64,000 bases of DNA from Felis catus (taxonomy: Eukaryota), in contig NC_058368.1 of NCBI RefSeq assembly GCF_018350175.1, positions 225,558,001-225,622,000 on the forward strand. The letters run 5' to 3'. The notes below the pieces were generated by a model. The model saw only the letters and a program-made list of their open reading frames with translations. It made no database searches and had not been told where the DNA came from. Shown here in pieces: positions 1 through 12,602 of this stretch (the first letter of the stretch is position 1; every line of letters begins with the position of its first letter). A program made the position numbers and the translations under genes.

Positions 1-1627
1 CCCTCCTCCTCGCCCTTCTCTTTTTATTTGCTTGCAGTAAGTATGATTAGATTTGGGTCTAAAAGTTATTCTTCTCATTTTATTAATTCACAATAAAGGC
101 CATTAGATTGCCTGGTGCTCTCAAGTCGGTCCTCGGCCCCTCAGGAAATTCAGACCTCCTCCGGCGCTGCAGGAGACAACACTACTAAATATTTATAATC
201 ACACCTCCCGTTTAAAGCCGTCTCTAACCTTTTTGGTTTGATCTTCTGGTTTTGACTGGTTGCAATTAATACTTTGGGCCCAGTTTTGTGAAACTTGCTA
301 ATGGATGAGTGTAGTGATTTTTTTTTGGATACATTTTTGGTCCTTTTCACACACTTTCTACCCTGTCCAGCTGGTTTTCTTTGCTGTTTTCCCTTCACTT
401 TGCCCCCCTGGGTGTCTTTGTGTGCTCCTCGAATGTCATGTGCTGCACACCCTCTCCCTGCGTGCACTCTGTGTGTCCTCTCCGCGGTCCTGGGGAGATC
501 TCCCCCAAGCCTGCTGAGTGTTGGAGAATGGACGGTGGGGCGACCCAGCACGTCTCCTGTGGCACAGCACTAAACAGGACCCTGGTCCCACACACTGTCA
601 GGTAGATGGCTAAAACTCTGTGATTTCATTTCCAGGGGCAGCGGGTTGGATCTGACTGCTAACGGGAAGTAGTCGATTCTAGATATTTTAACTGAGTTAG
701 AAATCTTGTCTGCAAGGAAGCCCGCGGCCCAGCTGGCCCCCAAGAGCTCGGGAATGCCCTGGATTTCAGCATTCCACAAGGCTTCACGTGCAAAGCCAGC
801 TGTGGGTCGAGGCAGCCGCCTGCGGAAAGAGGCCTCCCCGCCAGCTCCTTCTGTGTGCATGGCAGTTGGTGCGGCCCCCCAGGTGGGGTGGCCCGGCACC
901 CCCACCTCTTTCCCCACCCCAGGACCACTCAGATGAGTGGTAGGGGAAGGGGGAGACCAGCTGGGAGACAGGAAGATGGAGGAAAAGGAATTTGGGGACA
1001 GCATTCGTGATGCACAAGCAGTGTCACTAGGGTGCCTTGAGTCTCAGGGCCAAGCTTTGAGACGACAGTACAGACAGTCGAGTGTCCCTTGTATCGTAAT
1101 GGCTGCTTCCAACCGAATTAACCTGTGGGTCCAGTTGAACCATGTGAAATCACCATTTCTCTTGGCCGAGAGGATTGAATGTCGGTGGTTCCATGTGGTT
1201 CAGCCCAAGAACGTGTTCGTGACCCGCTATTTCAGTTTTGTGCCGTAGCTTATTGAGATGCTTATGACTTGAAGGTGGAATAAAAGAATGAGTTTTCCTG
1301 GTGGCTTCCAGCAAAGTTGAACAAGATGGTGTTTCTGCAGTCCAGTCAAGAGGCACAGCGTATCCCTAACACAGTATAGAGCCCTGGCTTTTGGAGTATG
1401 ACTGCCTTCTTAAATTCTGTTGCTCTTGGGTATGTGTGTTTGTTAACAGCTGTGACGAGCTGCGACATTTGTATTCTCTTTTGGGGTTTCCATTTTCTCC
1501 AGGTGTGTAAATGATTTGCTATGATCCGTTTCTGCCGTGAACATCCAGATTTGAGTGGAAAGAAAAATGAACGTGGGTACACTTTTTTTGGAAACAGAGT
1601 TTGGGTTTTCCTCTCCTGTTGAGGGTG

Positions 1628-1793
1628 TGTTTATCGTGGTAAATATACATAACATAAAATCGACCATCGTAACTGTATTTAAGTGTAGAATTTGCTGGCA
1701 TTAATTACATTATATGTGAAAGCCTCGCCACTATTTCCAAGACTTTTCCGTCACCCCAAATAGAAAGTCTGTACCCATCAAGCACCAACTCCC
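1628..1793 (-). mobile_element. Old L1 (L1M-type) 3' end fragment
   Basis: 'gtggtaaatatacataacataaaat..accat..tttaagtgta..ggcattaattacatt..tcacccca' resembles the antisense L1MB/MC 3' UTR. Confidence 0.7.
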
Positions 1794-2063
1794 TGTGTAA
1801 TTTATTTTTAAACTACTGTCCGGGTGCCCTTGCTTGTGCTGCTTTCAGAAAACAGGAGCACATTAGAAATTCTGGTTTGTATCTTTCTTAATAGACCATG
1901 TCAAGAAAAACTTGCTGTAGCCTCCAGGTTCCTAGGGGAGATGCTGACCGCTGCTGAATATCCGCACTAGCCACGTGATGTGCCCGTGTAGATGGATGGT
2001 GCTGCCCCAACTCTTCCCTTCTCAAAAGGGAAGTGTCCGCATAGCCATCTAAAAGTAAGGGGA

Positions 2064-2262
2064 GGGGCACCTGGGTGGCTCCGTCGGTTAAGCAAGCGTC
2101 CACTTTTGATTTCAACTCAGGTCATAATCTCACAGTTCGTGAGTTCGAGCCCTGCAGCTCTGTGCTGACAGTGTAGAGCCTGCTTGGGATTCTCTCTCTC
2201 CCTCTTTCTTTGCCCTTCCCTCACTCTCTCTTTCAGAATAAATAAATAAATTTAAAAAAAAA
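2064..2262 (+). mobile_element. Can-SINE (tRNA-derived carnivore SINE)
   Basis: GGGGCACCTGGGTGGCTC head, GTTCGAGCCC B-box, (CT)n, AATAAA and A-tail. Confidence 0.93.
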
Positions 2263-2754
2263 GGGGGGGAGAAAGGGGCACACTGGTGACAAGTAACAGA
2301 TAATTTTTAAAAATCAGATGTGTTGGCTTCTTTTGTTGAAACTTTAGAATGGGTCCATCTGTTATTCTTGGAAGTCATTTTAATCAAAACAGCGCAGCTG
2401 CCTTAAAAATACAGCATTGAGCTGGGAAACTCTTAAGTTCTCTGTGTGTTTCCCACATTTTGCTACTTCGTCCTGGAAATACCCGTCTCTGAGCTGGATA
2501 TTAAACGCCAGTCTGGGGAGTTTCTTAGAAATCTGCACTCCAGAGACTGAACACCGCTGGGGCTTCCAGTCCTGCTTTGAAGCCCAAGCAAAATGCACTT
2601 TGTCCAAAGTGCTTGGTTTTCAGTGAGAAAGTGTTTTTACGCTCTGAAGGCCACGTGAGTCTTCCTCTCTAGAACTCTTCCAAGAATTTGCTTGGGCGTC
2701 TTGTGGCTGAAAGAGGGAAAGTCAAATGTTTCCATTCATTTTCACTCTGGGACG

Positions 2755-2758
<4 letters not shown>

Positions 2759-2786
<28 letters not shown>
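2759..2786 (+). repeat. Poly(A) tract
   Basis: About 28 consecutive A. Confidence 0.9.
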
Positions 2787-2791
<5 letters not shown>

Positions 2792-3384
2792 TGCTTGTTT
2801 ATTAGGGAACCTAGCTCCAGAAAGAAAACATGTGCATGTTTGCTGATCTGCATGGCTCTGTGTGTTGCAAATTGAACTCACTGTTGTAAATTTCAGCATT
2901 TTGAAACCTGAGGTTGTTATCCCATGGACGTCCACGTCTGCCCTGGACAACATCTACATTGGACCGGGAAACCGCGTGCAGTAATAAACACGACAGGATG
3001 TGCCGGTATTCTGAGGCACACGGGCTGTGTCAAGCGTTGCCAACCTTAGCTTGCTAAGAGGGCACACCATTTCTGGGTTGTTACCCGCCATATTCCCAGT
3101 ACTAGTGAAAAATGCCTTAGTAAGACCTAAGAAGAATCCGGTCTCGGGGGCCTGCCTCCTTGCACCTTTATGTGAATCCAGCTTAAGTGGATTTAGAATC
3201 TAGGGTATTTCTGACTCTTTGAGACCGTGGTGTTTTCCCTATCCCCTCTGGACTGGACAGCTGGGCCCCACCCTGCATGGCCCCACCACTGGCTAGGTAG
3301 ACAGGTGGCTAGGGACTTGGATGCTGTTAGCAGTATTTATTGGCCCGAGTGAGGTTCTAGCTGAATACGTGTGCACGTGCGCGC

Positions 3385-3385
3385 G

Positions 3386-3418
<33 letters not shown>

Positions 3419-3445
3419 CCTCCCTCCCTCTCTGTCTCTCTCCCT
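3385..3445. repeat. (CT)n microsatellite preceded by gtgcacgtgcgcgcgc
   Basis: Read directly. Confidence 0.9.
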
Positions 3446-4023
3446 CTGTCCCAGAGAATGTGTATAGCCTTTGCCACGGGTCATGACCTTCGTTGGCTTC
3501 CTGTCCTCCTTCGGTGGGTCAAATTGGTGCCTTTTTCCTTTTCTCCTTTGTGGATCTCTCTTGACTTGGGCCGCTCGGTTCCTCTGGAATGAGCCTCTTC
3601 TTCCCATCCTTTAGGCTTGGTCTGTTTGTAGCCGAGCCTGCCTCTGACCTGCCGGTCCCTCTCATCTTCAGTTGACTTTGGGATTCCAGGCTCTGCTTCT
3701 GGGTGGCACACTCTCCTTGTGCCTCTGAGCCTGCGGTACGTCCAGACTTTTCCAGCAGCGCTAATGTGCGGGCACGCAGAGAAGGGTTGACATCTTGTGC
3801 CATCAGTCCCATTGTTACTTTCAATTTTGTGGTTAGCTTGGCAAATTAAATCGCTCCTACTTGAAGGTTAGCAGGATTCTCTCTTGCATTCCTGGTACCC
3901 ATGAACTGAACATAACTAACTAATCTTCCATGTGCTCAGCTCAGACCAGGTTGCATTTTATGACTGGAAGAGGTGAACAGAAAATAGTACATCAAAACTT
4001 GATTTTTGGTTGGGGAGGGGGGG

Positions 4024-4240
4024 GTGGCGCCTGGGTGGCTCCGTCGGTTAAGTGGCCAACCTTGGCTCAGGTCACGATCTCACAGTCTCTGAGTTCAAGC
4101 CCCGCGTCGGGCTCGGTGCTGACAGCTCAGAGCCTGGAGCCTCCTTCGGATTCTGTGTGTGTGTCTCTCCCTCTCTGCCCCTACCCTGCTTGCTCTCTCT
4201 CCATCTCTCAAAAAAAAAAAATGAATAAAGGTTAAAACAA
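4024..4240 (+). mobile_element. Can-SINE, felid type
   Basis: ggcgcctgggtggctc..ggctcaggtcacgatctc..ctcagagcctggagc..A-tail. Confidence 0.93.
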
Positions 4241-4749
4241 ATTTTTTTTATTTTATTTTGGAGACTTAAATACCATTTGCTTCCGATGAGTATCATTTTG
4301 TGAAAAATACATGTGAAGATCCTGTTGTTTGGAAACAAGACAGTTTACAGATTATCTGCAGGAATCAGACATGGCACCCGATAGTACTGGCTGTAATTTC
4401 ACCAGAAAAAGCAGAGGCCGTTTGTTAAAACAAATCCAGGTGGTTGTCTGTGTGACTGACGAAGTTGCATTCCATTCCAAAAATTCATTTATAGGCCTGT
4501 AATTTGGAACCAGTTTTCCCAGAGACTCTGTGCTGTACATGGGGAGTTGATTGTCCAGTCCGTGTACAAAGCCCGGGTACCCACAGTGCGCTGGGGCGGT
4601 GCAGAAGCCCCCTGTTGCTTGATTCCAATTTTAAACGCGGTTTCAGAGGTCCACCCCAGGATGCCGCTGCGGTGGGATTAGGGGATCACATTCTTCCCGT
4701 GATCACCTCCCTGGCAAGTGGTGGGAAAAAGGAGGCACCACGTTTCTTT

Positions 4750-4967
4750 TAAAAAAAAATTTTTTTTTTAATGTTTTTATTTATCTTTGAGAGAGAGAGA
4801 GAGAGAGCACAAGTGGGGGCAGAGAGAGAGAGAGACGCAGAATCCGAAGCAGGCTCCAGGCCCTGAGCTGTCAGCACAGAGCCCATCGCGGGGCTCAAAC
4901 CCATGAACTGGGAGATCATGACCTGAGCCGACGTGGATGCTTAACTGACTGAGCCACACAGGTGCTC
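4750..4967 (-). mobile_element. Can-SINE, felid type
   Basis: Reverse-complement SINE: poly-T, (GA)n, gaatccgaagcaggctccagg, tgagccac. Confidence 0.92.
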
Positions 4968-4979
4968 CTTTTCTTTCCT

Positions 4980-5188
4980 TTTTTTAAAAAAATGTTTATT
5001 TTGAGAGAGCGCATGAGGGTATGCAAGTGAAGGAGGGGCAGAGAGAAAGAGAGAGGGAGAGAGAGAATCCGAAGCAGGCTCTGCACCCTGCAGAGCCTGA
5101 CGTGGGGCTCGATCTCATGAAATCCGAGATCACGACTTGAGCCGAAATCACGAGTCGGATGCTTAACCGGTTGAGCCACCCAGGCGCC
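4980..5188 (-). mobile_element. Can-SINE (tandem with the previous copy)
   Basis: Ends gagccacccaggcgcc. Confidence 0.92.
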
Positions 5189-6272
5189 TCTGGAGGTACC
5201 TCCTTTCTAAGCCACTTTCTCCGCAGCAGGGTTGGCATGGAGGATAGGTAAGGGGGGGGGGTGCCTGGTGACCTCTCCCTACCAGGAACCACGCTGGTGC
5301 ATTCCAGCCACTTGTGCTTCTTGGTCCCCCCAGCTCCCCTGTGGGGAAGGCATCCTCAGCCGCGTGGTAGTGCTCTGGAGGCTGAACGTAGGTGGAGTGA
5401 CCTGTCCAGACGTCCACACTTGGCCGGTGACGAGGGGTGCCGCTGGGGCTTGGGTCCAGAGTCGACCATCTTCCCCGATGTTACTTCTTGAGGAGCAGAC
5501 TGAAGTGAGGGGGCTGTGTTCCCACCTGCCGCTTCCCGTCCTGGCCGCTGTGCTGGGGGCGCGTCTCTCTGTGGGCCCCAGGGATGGGGTGCACCCGCGG
5601 TCTTCCTCCTGAAGCTTTCTGCCAAAGTCACTCTTCAAGATTGGCGGGTTCTCCCGCCCCCTCCCCCACCCCTCCTTTGCGGTGGCTTTTGTTTTGTTTT
5701 ATTGCTCTAGGGAAATAGAAAGGTCTGGAAAAAACCCACACGTTTTGTTTTGATGTTTCATCGTCTTGTGTGCACAGTCTTGCTTCCGTGCTGCTGCTGC
5801 TGACAAGAGTCCTTCTCAGCCCTGGCCCCGGACGATGAATTCAGCCTCTCAGCTGGGACTCAGGCCGTAGTACACTTTTTAAAAGCTTCTTGGGTGCCTC
5901 GTTTGACATGCAGCCAGGTGCAGAACTATTGCACAGACTGAATGAGCATCGTCTCAAAATATTATGGCAAAAGTTGTTGAAAAAGCCTTTTGCAAACTGG
6001 GCTTAGAAAATGCTCTCGTAACCCATCACTGCTCGGCCTGGCTCCCCCCCCGCCCCCGCACGGCTGCTTTCCTGGACGTCGTTGGTGGTTCTGCGAAAGG
6101 TCTCTTCTGCCCACAGTCTTTGACTACAGCCCCTTCTGTCTGTCCGTCTGTCCGTCTTCCTCTCCCTTCAGGGAGTACCTGCTCCTGAGCTTTTCATCTC
6201 TTTTCTCCTCCCACCGTCTCGCATCGGACACTCCTTTTGAGTGGGACTTTGGGGCTCAAGTGTCGCAAACTC

Positions 6273-6452
6273 GGGGAGCATCGGGGTGGCTCAGTTGGTT
6301 GAGTGTCCGTTGAATTTGGCTCAGGTCGTGATCCAGGTTGTGGGATTGAGCCCTGTGTCAGGCTCCATGGTGAGTGTGGAGCCTGCTTGGGATTCTCTCT
6401 CTCACCTTCTCTCTCTCTCTCTCTGTCTCAAAACAAACAAAAAAATAATTAA
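6273..6452 (+). mobile_element. Can-SINE, older and diverged
   Basis: ggggtggctcagttggttgag..gagcctgcttgggattctctc; imperfect TSD ..caaactc. Confidence 0.88.
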
Positions 6453-6469
6453 ATGCCCCAAACTCGAGT

Positions 6470-6647
6470 GCAGTGTTTCTCCACGCGTGCGCCTCCCTGA
6501 CTAGCTGCTTCCTAATCACTTGCCCTTGTCGCCGATGCAGGTTCCTTGGCCCCTCCCTGGATCCACTTCTGTGAAGATGGCCCTGGGATCTGTGTTTTAA
6601 CAAGGTTCCCACCTGTTTCTGTTGGCCCTGAAGTTAGGGAACCGCTG
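6470..6647. mobile_element. MER5-like hAT-Charlie DNA transposon fossil
   Basis: Termini cagtgtttctcca and agggaaccgctg; internal 'gggatctgtgttttaacaag'. Confidence 0.65.
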
Positions 6648-6989
6648 ACTCCGTGGGTGTGTTGATCCGAGATGAATTGGAGAGCCGTTCTCCTTACCTT
6701 TCTCTCCCTGTCTGATTGGCTGTTTGCTTCCAAGGGGGCTGGTCCCTGCCCTGTGGGGTAGGGGACTAGGGGGAGGAGCTGTGCTCCTGATGGCGTGACC
6801 CTCAGGTTGGGTTCTCTCATTCTCCCCATCTCCCTCACCCACAATCCCACCCCCTTTTCCTTCTGTGTCTGGAACAGAACCCAGTGTTTGGGGACTTTTC
6901 CTTCCAGCTGAAGATACAAATGAAGGTTTTTCTAATTTGTCAGTGGAGACGTTCCACTGGTAAAGCAGCTTCCTGAAATCCCCCCTCCT

Positions 6990-7183
6990 GTTTTGTTTTT
7001 TTTTTTTAAGGTTTATTTATGAGAGAGAGTGTGTGAAAAGGGGAGGGACAGAGAGAGGGGGAGACACAGAATCCGAAGCAGGCTCCAGGCTCTGAGCCCA
7101 ACGCGGGGCTTGAACTCATGAACCGTGAGATCATGACCTGAGCCGAAGTCGGACGCTTAACCGACTGAGCCGCCCAGGCGCCC
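6990..7183 (-). mobile_element. Can-SINE with internal deletion
   Basis: TSD cctgaaatccc; lacks the tgtcagcacagag segment. Confidence 0.92.
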
Positions 7184-7586
7184 CCTGAAATCCCTTCCTC
7201 AAGTTTGAGCACGGAGGCCATCAGTGATGGGCTTGAGTTTAAACAACTCAATTGAATTACATTTGTTTCTGAGGAAAACTGGACCTGTTTCTCTTTCAAG
7301 AGAGGGAGGGTCTTGGGGTGTGAAGGAAGGGCAAGGGCCCCAGCGTTCAGAGCAGCCCTGGGTGGGGATGGGTGAAGGCGGTCTCCCCTGGAGGGGGCTT
7401 GTTTCCTCATTCCTCAAGCGGTGCACCTGCCATCCTGCCCGGAAAGAGCCCACGGGGCTGGATGAGAGGCATCATAAAGAAGGGATGGGTAAATCCCAAG
7501 CAGCTGCCCCACATTCAGGAGGAAAGGGCGCTTCTGCCCAGCGGATAACTATTCTGGTAACTTCCATCTAAGGAGTGTCGGTTTCT

Positions 7587-7803
7587 TTTTTTTTTTTTTT
7601 CAACGTTTATTTATTTTTGGGACAGAGAGACACAGAGCATGAACAGGGGAGGGGCAAAGAGAGAGGGAGACACAGAATCGGAAACAGGCTCCAGGCTCTG
7701 AGCCATCAGCCCAGAGCCTGACGCGGGGCTCGAACTCACGGATCGCGAGACCGTGACCTGGCTGAAGTCGGACGCTTAACCGACTGCGCCACCCAGACGC
7801 CCC
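7587..7803 (-). mobile_element. Young felid Can-SINE (SINEC_Fc-like)
   Basis: Perfect 16-bp TSD aggagtgtcggtttct (7571-7586, 7804-7819); young-subfamily diagnostics gcgcagtc, ttcagccaggtc and ctgggctgatggctc. Confidence 0.96.
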
Positions 7804-8124
7804 AGGAGTGTCGGTTTCTAAAAGCAGCAGTTGAAAGCACGAGCTTCCAGTTTTTATTTCAAACCAATTGCATCGCCCTGTTAAAGGTAGGGAATCGAAC
7901 TAAGTGGTTAGTTAGGAATTTTGGCTGGGAAGGGACACCCGTGAACTTTCTAAGGTAATGGAAATGCTCAGTGTGTTCTGTGTGGTTCCTCAAGCTGTGT
8001 ATTTTGCTGTGTGCAAAGTAAACTTCAGTTTTTAAAAACACCATCTAGCTTTCCTGAAGGCCGCTGTTTGCATTGAAGTGTGTGCACCAACACGCGGCTG
8101 ACCTCCAAGCTTGTGTAATTACTC

Positions 8125-8430
8125 CAGTGTTCAGTGAAGCGGCCGCAGCAAACCCTGGCCGATGCCTGCTGCCTGTTTTTGTATAGCCCATGAGCCTACA
8201 AGTTAATGGTTTTAACATTTTTTACTGTTTGGAAACATCAAAAGAATAGTATTTCATGACACGTGAAAGTGACCTGAAATTCACATTTAATGAGGAGGTG
8301 TTGGAACACAGCCATCCCCATTCATTGACTGGTCGTGTGAGATTGCCTTCAGACTCCAGCGGCACCCTAGAGGGGTGGAAACGCTTTTTTTGCCCTCTGG
8401 TCCTTTGCGGAAGAAGTTTGCTGACCCTGA
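8125..8430. mobile_element. MER58B-like hAT DNA transposon fossil
   Basis: 'gcctgtttttgtatagcccatgagc..aatggttttaacattttt..atcaaaagaatagtatttcatgacacgtgaaa..ttggaacacagcca..agtttgctgacccctg'. Confidence 0.75.
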
Positions 8431-8789
8431 TCTAAAGGATCATTTTCCCCAATTACTTTTGATGTGATATTTGGTGCCAGGGCCTTCTAGTGGCTTCTAG
8501 TCCTGGCTGTAAATCGGAATCCCTTGAGGGGCTGCTCATGGAGATTCCTGGGCCCCTACTCAGGCCCAGTGGTATAGCCTCTCTGGGGGGGGGGGGGCAG
8601 GAGTCCGGATTGGCAACCAGCCGGCAGGAGTCTGTGCTGTGAACCCCGACTAGCAGATCGATTCGTGGTTAAGCCCCATCATTTTGTTTTCCTTGTGAGG
8701 TGGAAATGTCTTGCCCATGAGGATAAAGGTCATCAGTGACAAAACCCAGGTTTCCTGCTAGCCTGTAGGGCAGCGGCTGTCAGAAGTGA

Positions 8790-8976
8790 ACAGGCCTCTG
8801 AACATCAGACTCCCCCTGACCCCTCCCCAAGGAGGGTTTATTAAACCACGGGATCCTGCGTCTCCACTCACAGTTTGATTTGGCAGGTCTCGAGTGGAGC
8901 CTGAAAATGTGCATTTCTGACGGGCTCCCGGATGCTGCTGATGCTGCTGGTTTGGGAACCACACTTTGAGAACTGA
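8790..8976. mobile_element. MER5A-like DNA transposon fossil
   Basis: 'gcctgaaaatgtgcatttctgac..gatgctgctgatgctgctggtttgggaaccacactttgagaac'. Confidence 0.8.
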
Positions 8977-9419
8977 TTTGTAGGGCTTGTTAGGTTGTAT
9001 GTATGGATTGCTGCGTTTTTTTAATCCGTGTTCTAAATGCACCTCATACACAGTCTTCTCCCCAGAACATGTTCTTTAAAAACACGGATGGTCACTCACA
9101 CAGCCCAGGTACTGTTCTTGACTGCTATAGCCATAAAGGAAGCATTCTTGAAAGGTGTCTTGTCAAAAACGAGACGTCGTCTGGCCATCTTAGTTTTAAA
9201 TACTAACACCTGTTAATGGTTTAGTCTGTAAGCGGCTATTTGAGGGGTGGTGGTGGTCAATGGAGAGCCACTCCCAGGCAGAGCAAAAATAAGAAAGCCA
9301 ATGTGCTGTGTGTTAATTATATCCCAGCACATTTCCAAAAAGTTTTGCAAAAATGACTTGATGGTGCCTTTACACAACCTTCAGAAGTTACTGTGCAGAT
9401 TTGGACACCTAATGCCTAT

Positions 9420-9620
9420 TATTTTTTTTATATATAAGTTTATTTTTGAGAGAGAACGATAGCTAGTGGGGGAGGGGGAGGGAGGGAGGGAGGGAATCCC
9501 AAGTAGGCTCCATGCTCAGTGCAAACCCAGCGTGGGTCTCAGCCCCACGACTGTGAGATCACGACCTGAGCCGATAACAAGAGTCGGAGACTTAAACTGA
9601 CTGAGCCGTCCGGGTGCCTC
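9420..9620 (-). mobile_element. Can-SINE, diverged
   Basis: gaatcccaagtaggctcc..gagatcacgacctgagccga..tgactgagcc. Confidence 0.88.
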
Positions 9621-10051
9621 CCCGATGCCTTTTCTAATATTGAAGAGCAATTAAATGGTTAACCAGTTGTCATTCCGGGCAAATACATAGCCCTCATTTT
9701 CTAAGGGAAATGCCAGAAGCAGAGAGGAAGGAGAGCGATTCTGTATTTAGAAGCTGTGGGTAGAACCCCCCAAGCTTTTGACGGTTCGTTTTGGTTTGAT
9801 ATGCTACCTTTTGCCATTATCCGTGCCACCCGGGTACAGAGAACATTGGGCTGGTGACCAGGAAGGGGACCGGGACTAAGGTAAGGTAAGCCTGGTGCTC
9901 AGTGCAAAATATAAAGAAGCACTCAGTCAGGGTCAGGACGAATTTGCATGCTCCTCCCCTCCCCCTCCCCCCCAGTTGATTGCTCCTTAAATTGTACACC
10001 CTGGCCACCTGCCTCCCCCTAGTCCTGGCCCTGATCAGAATCTGGGAGCAT

Positions 10052-10277
10052 GGGGCGCCTGGGTGGCTCAGTCGGTTAGGCGACCGACTTCGGCTCAGGT
10101 CACGATCTTGCGGTCCGTGAGTTCGAGCCCCGCGTCGGGCTCTGTGCTGACAACTCAGAGCCTGGAGCCTGTTTCAGATTCTGTGTCTCCCTCTCTCTGA
10201 CCCTCCCCCGTTCATGCTCTGTCTCTCTCTGTCTCAAAAATAAATAAACGTTAAAAAAAAAAAATTAAAAAAAAAAA
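10052..10277 (+). mobile_element. Can-SINE, felid type
   Basis: Full-length; TSD agaatctgggagc. Confidence 0.96.
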
Positions 10278-11609
10278 AGAATCTGGGAGCTTAAGCAAGG
10301 CTCTCTAGGACAAGAGTCCAGCTGTAGACTCGAACCTCCCCCTTCCCTTTGCTTTGCTGCAGTGATTCATTGACATGCCTCATTTCCAACGGTCCTTTGA
10401 TAGTTTTCAAAAATCTGTGTCAGTACATTTTAGGGAACTTGTTTAGGATTAAATTACTGCAGTGCGCACTGCAGGGTGTCATAATGGTTTGGAATATTCA
10501 TAGGAAGTTTTGAGGGGACAGATATCCCCCAAGGGTTTCCTAGATGAAGGCTTCAGAGCAGGCTTGTGCAATCCCTTATAAAACTGCAACATTACATTTA
10601 CAAATTCAGCACGTGGACCGTATTAGAAGTTCCAACTGCCTTCGTTTCAGAGGTTCAAGTTGGTCTTTGATCTAGCTGCGGTGGGGGCGTTCCAAATCAT
10701 TTTTGTAATAATTTTTAAATAATGTAATGGTATTTTTAAGTCTTCCACTAAGGGTAACTGAGTAGCCAGCCCTTGAGAATTCAAGTATTTTTGTCTTCTG
10801 GAATGATCTTCTGTTCTGAAATGGATCCACCTTCCTGCCGTGTCGGAGTTCACAGTGGCTTGCTCCAAGCATCTGCTTTTATTCTTGCAGAGGGAGCTAA
10901 TGACAGATGTTTACGGGGTGATTCTGAGAAACATTCGCTCCCGTGACCGTGGCCTGGAACATATGCTGTCCTCAGTTTCAGGAAGCTTTTGTAACGAAGG
11001 ATTCAAAAGAGATCAGGCCACTGGGGCATATTGCCAGCAAGCATGCCTTTGTGAAGGGCAAATCCTGTCCGATTAACCTAATTTCCTTCCCCGAGCAGTG
11101 ATCAACCAGGGACATTAAAATAGCAGATTTTTCCATGTTAGCATTTTTTTTTTCTGACTTAAACAACGTTCGTAATTAAAGTTTGAAGATCATTCACTTA
11201 AAAAAAATATTCTTTGTTTTTCCTCCTTACATCGAAGAGGACTTGCCTCAGCAAACAGTACATGGGCCTCGTAAACATTCACTGGAGGTTAGCACTAGTG
11301 AGCAGAGACGTCAGCATCCAGATCCGCATACTTATTTTGGATGTTTCCGTTTGGGTCGTTCTCCGCGATGGTAGGATGATGTAAATACCATAGAGAAAAT
11401 AATTCTCGCCTTTTGAGGAAAGTCAGACTCAGAAGTATCCATTATTGGCTCGTTGCTATCTTTGATGGAGACTTTAAAATAGTTTGCAGATGTTACTTTT
11501 AGCTAAAAGAGGAAAAGAGACTGTAGCCACGTTTGAGCACCTAGGATATGATATGATTAGTTAATAACTCTCGCAAGTTTGAGCCGTGGTCTGAAATGAA
11601 AAGGAATGG

Positions 11610-12005
11610 TTTTTCTTTTAACAGCTGTACTGCGGTGTGATTCGCATCCCCAACAGTTCACCCGTTAAGAGTGTACATTTGAGTGGCTTTTAATATATTC
11701 ACAGATTTGTGTAACTGCCACCACCAGAGTCTGTTTGGGAAGCTTGGTTACCCCAAAAAGAAACCTTGTACCCCTTAGCTGTCACCCCTAAACACTCCCA
11801 TCCCAACCCCCAACCCCAGGCAGTGATTTTCTGTTCCGATGGATCAGCCTGTTCTGGATGTAAGTGAAATCCTGCAAATAAACTTCCGCGACTGACTTCT
11901 TCCACGTAGCATGATGTTTTCAAGGTTCATCCGTGTTGCGACGTGTGCACTTCATTCCTTTTTATTGCTGGGTAATTTTCCATCGTATGGTTATGCCACA
12001 TTTGA
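11610..12005 (-). mobile_element. Old L1 (L1MB-like) 3' UTR fragment
   Basis: 'gttcacccgttaagagtgtac..ttcacagatttgtgtaactgccaccac..tagcatgatgttttcaaggttcatccgtgttg..acttcattcctttttattgctg'. Confidence 0.85.
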
Positions 12006-12041
12006 TTTAAAAGGAATAGTCTTCTAAGGCTTGGTAGAACA

Positions 12042-12253
12042 GGGGCGCCTGGGTGGCTCAGCTGGTTGAGCGTCAGACTTGGGCTCAGGTCGTGATCTCG
12101 TGGCTTGTGAGTTCAAGCCCTGCATTGGGCACTGTGCTGATAGCTCAGAGCCTGGAGCCTGCTTCAGATTCTGTGTCTCCCTTTCTCTCTGCCCCTCCCC
12201 TGCTCACACACTCTCTCTTCTTCAAAAATAAATAAACGTTAAAAAAATTTTAA
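12042..12253 (+). mobile_element. Can-SINE
   Basis: TSD cttggtagaaca. Confidence 0.95.
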
Positions 12254-12407
12254 ACTTGGTAGAACAGAAAAGTATGAAAGAAAATGAATGGCCAGCTGTA
12301 TAAGCCCACTGTTTATATGGTTTATAATGGGTCACACAGGTAATATTTCCAAAAGTAAGGATGATATTTTACTGTAAAAAACACTTTAGATTTTCTCTTA
12401 GATACAA

Positions 12408-12602
12408 TTTTTATTTCTTTTTGAGAGAGAGAGGAAGTGTGAGAACGTGTGTGGGCGGGGCAGAGAGAGAGGCGGGGAGAGAGAGAGAATCCCACGCCCC
12501 ATGCTGTCAGCACACAGCCCAATGTGGGCTCCATCGCACAAACCATGCGGTCATGACCTGAGCTGAAACCAAGAGCTGATGCTTAAGAGTCACCCAGGTG
12601 TC
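12408..12602 (-). mobile_element. Can-SINE, diverged
   Basis: (GA)n, tgtcagcacacagccc..catgacctgagctgaa..cacccaggtg. Confidence 0.87.

Noticed and set aside
2759..2786. Isolated poly(A) as the tail of a processed pseudogene
   Set aside because: No recognisable coding sequence, polyadenylation signal or TSD adjacent to it.
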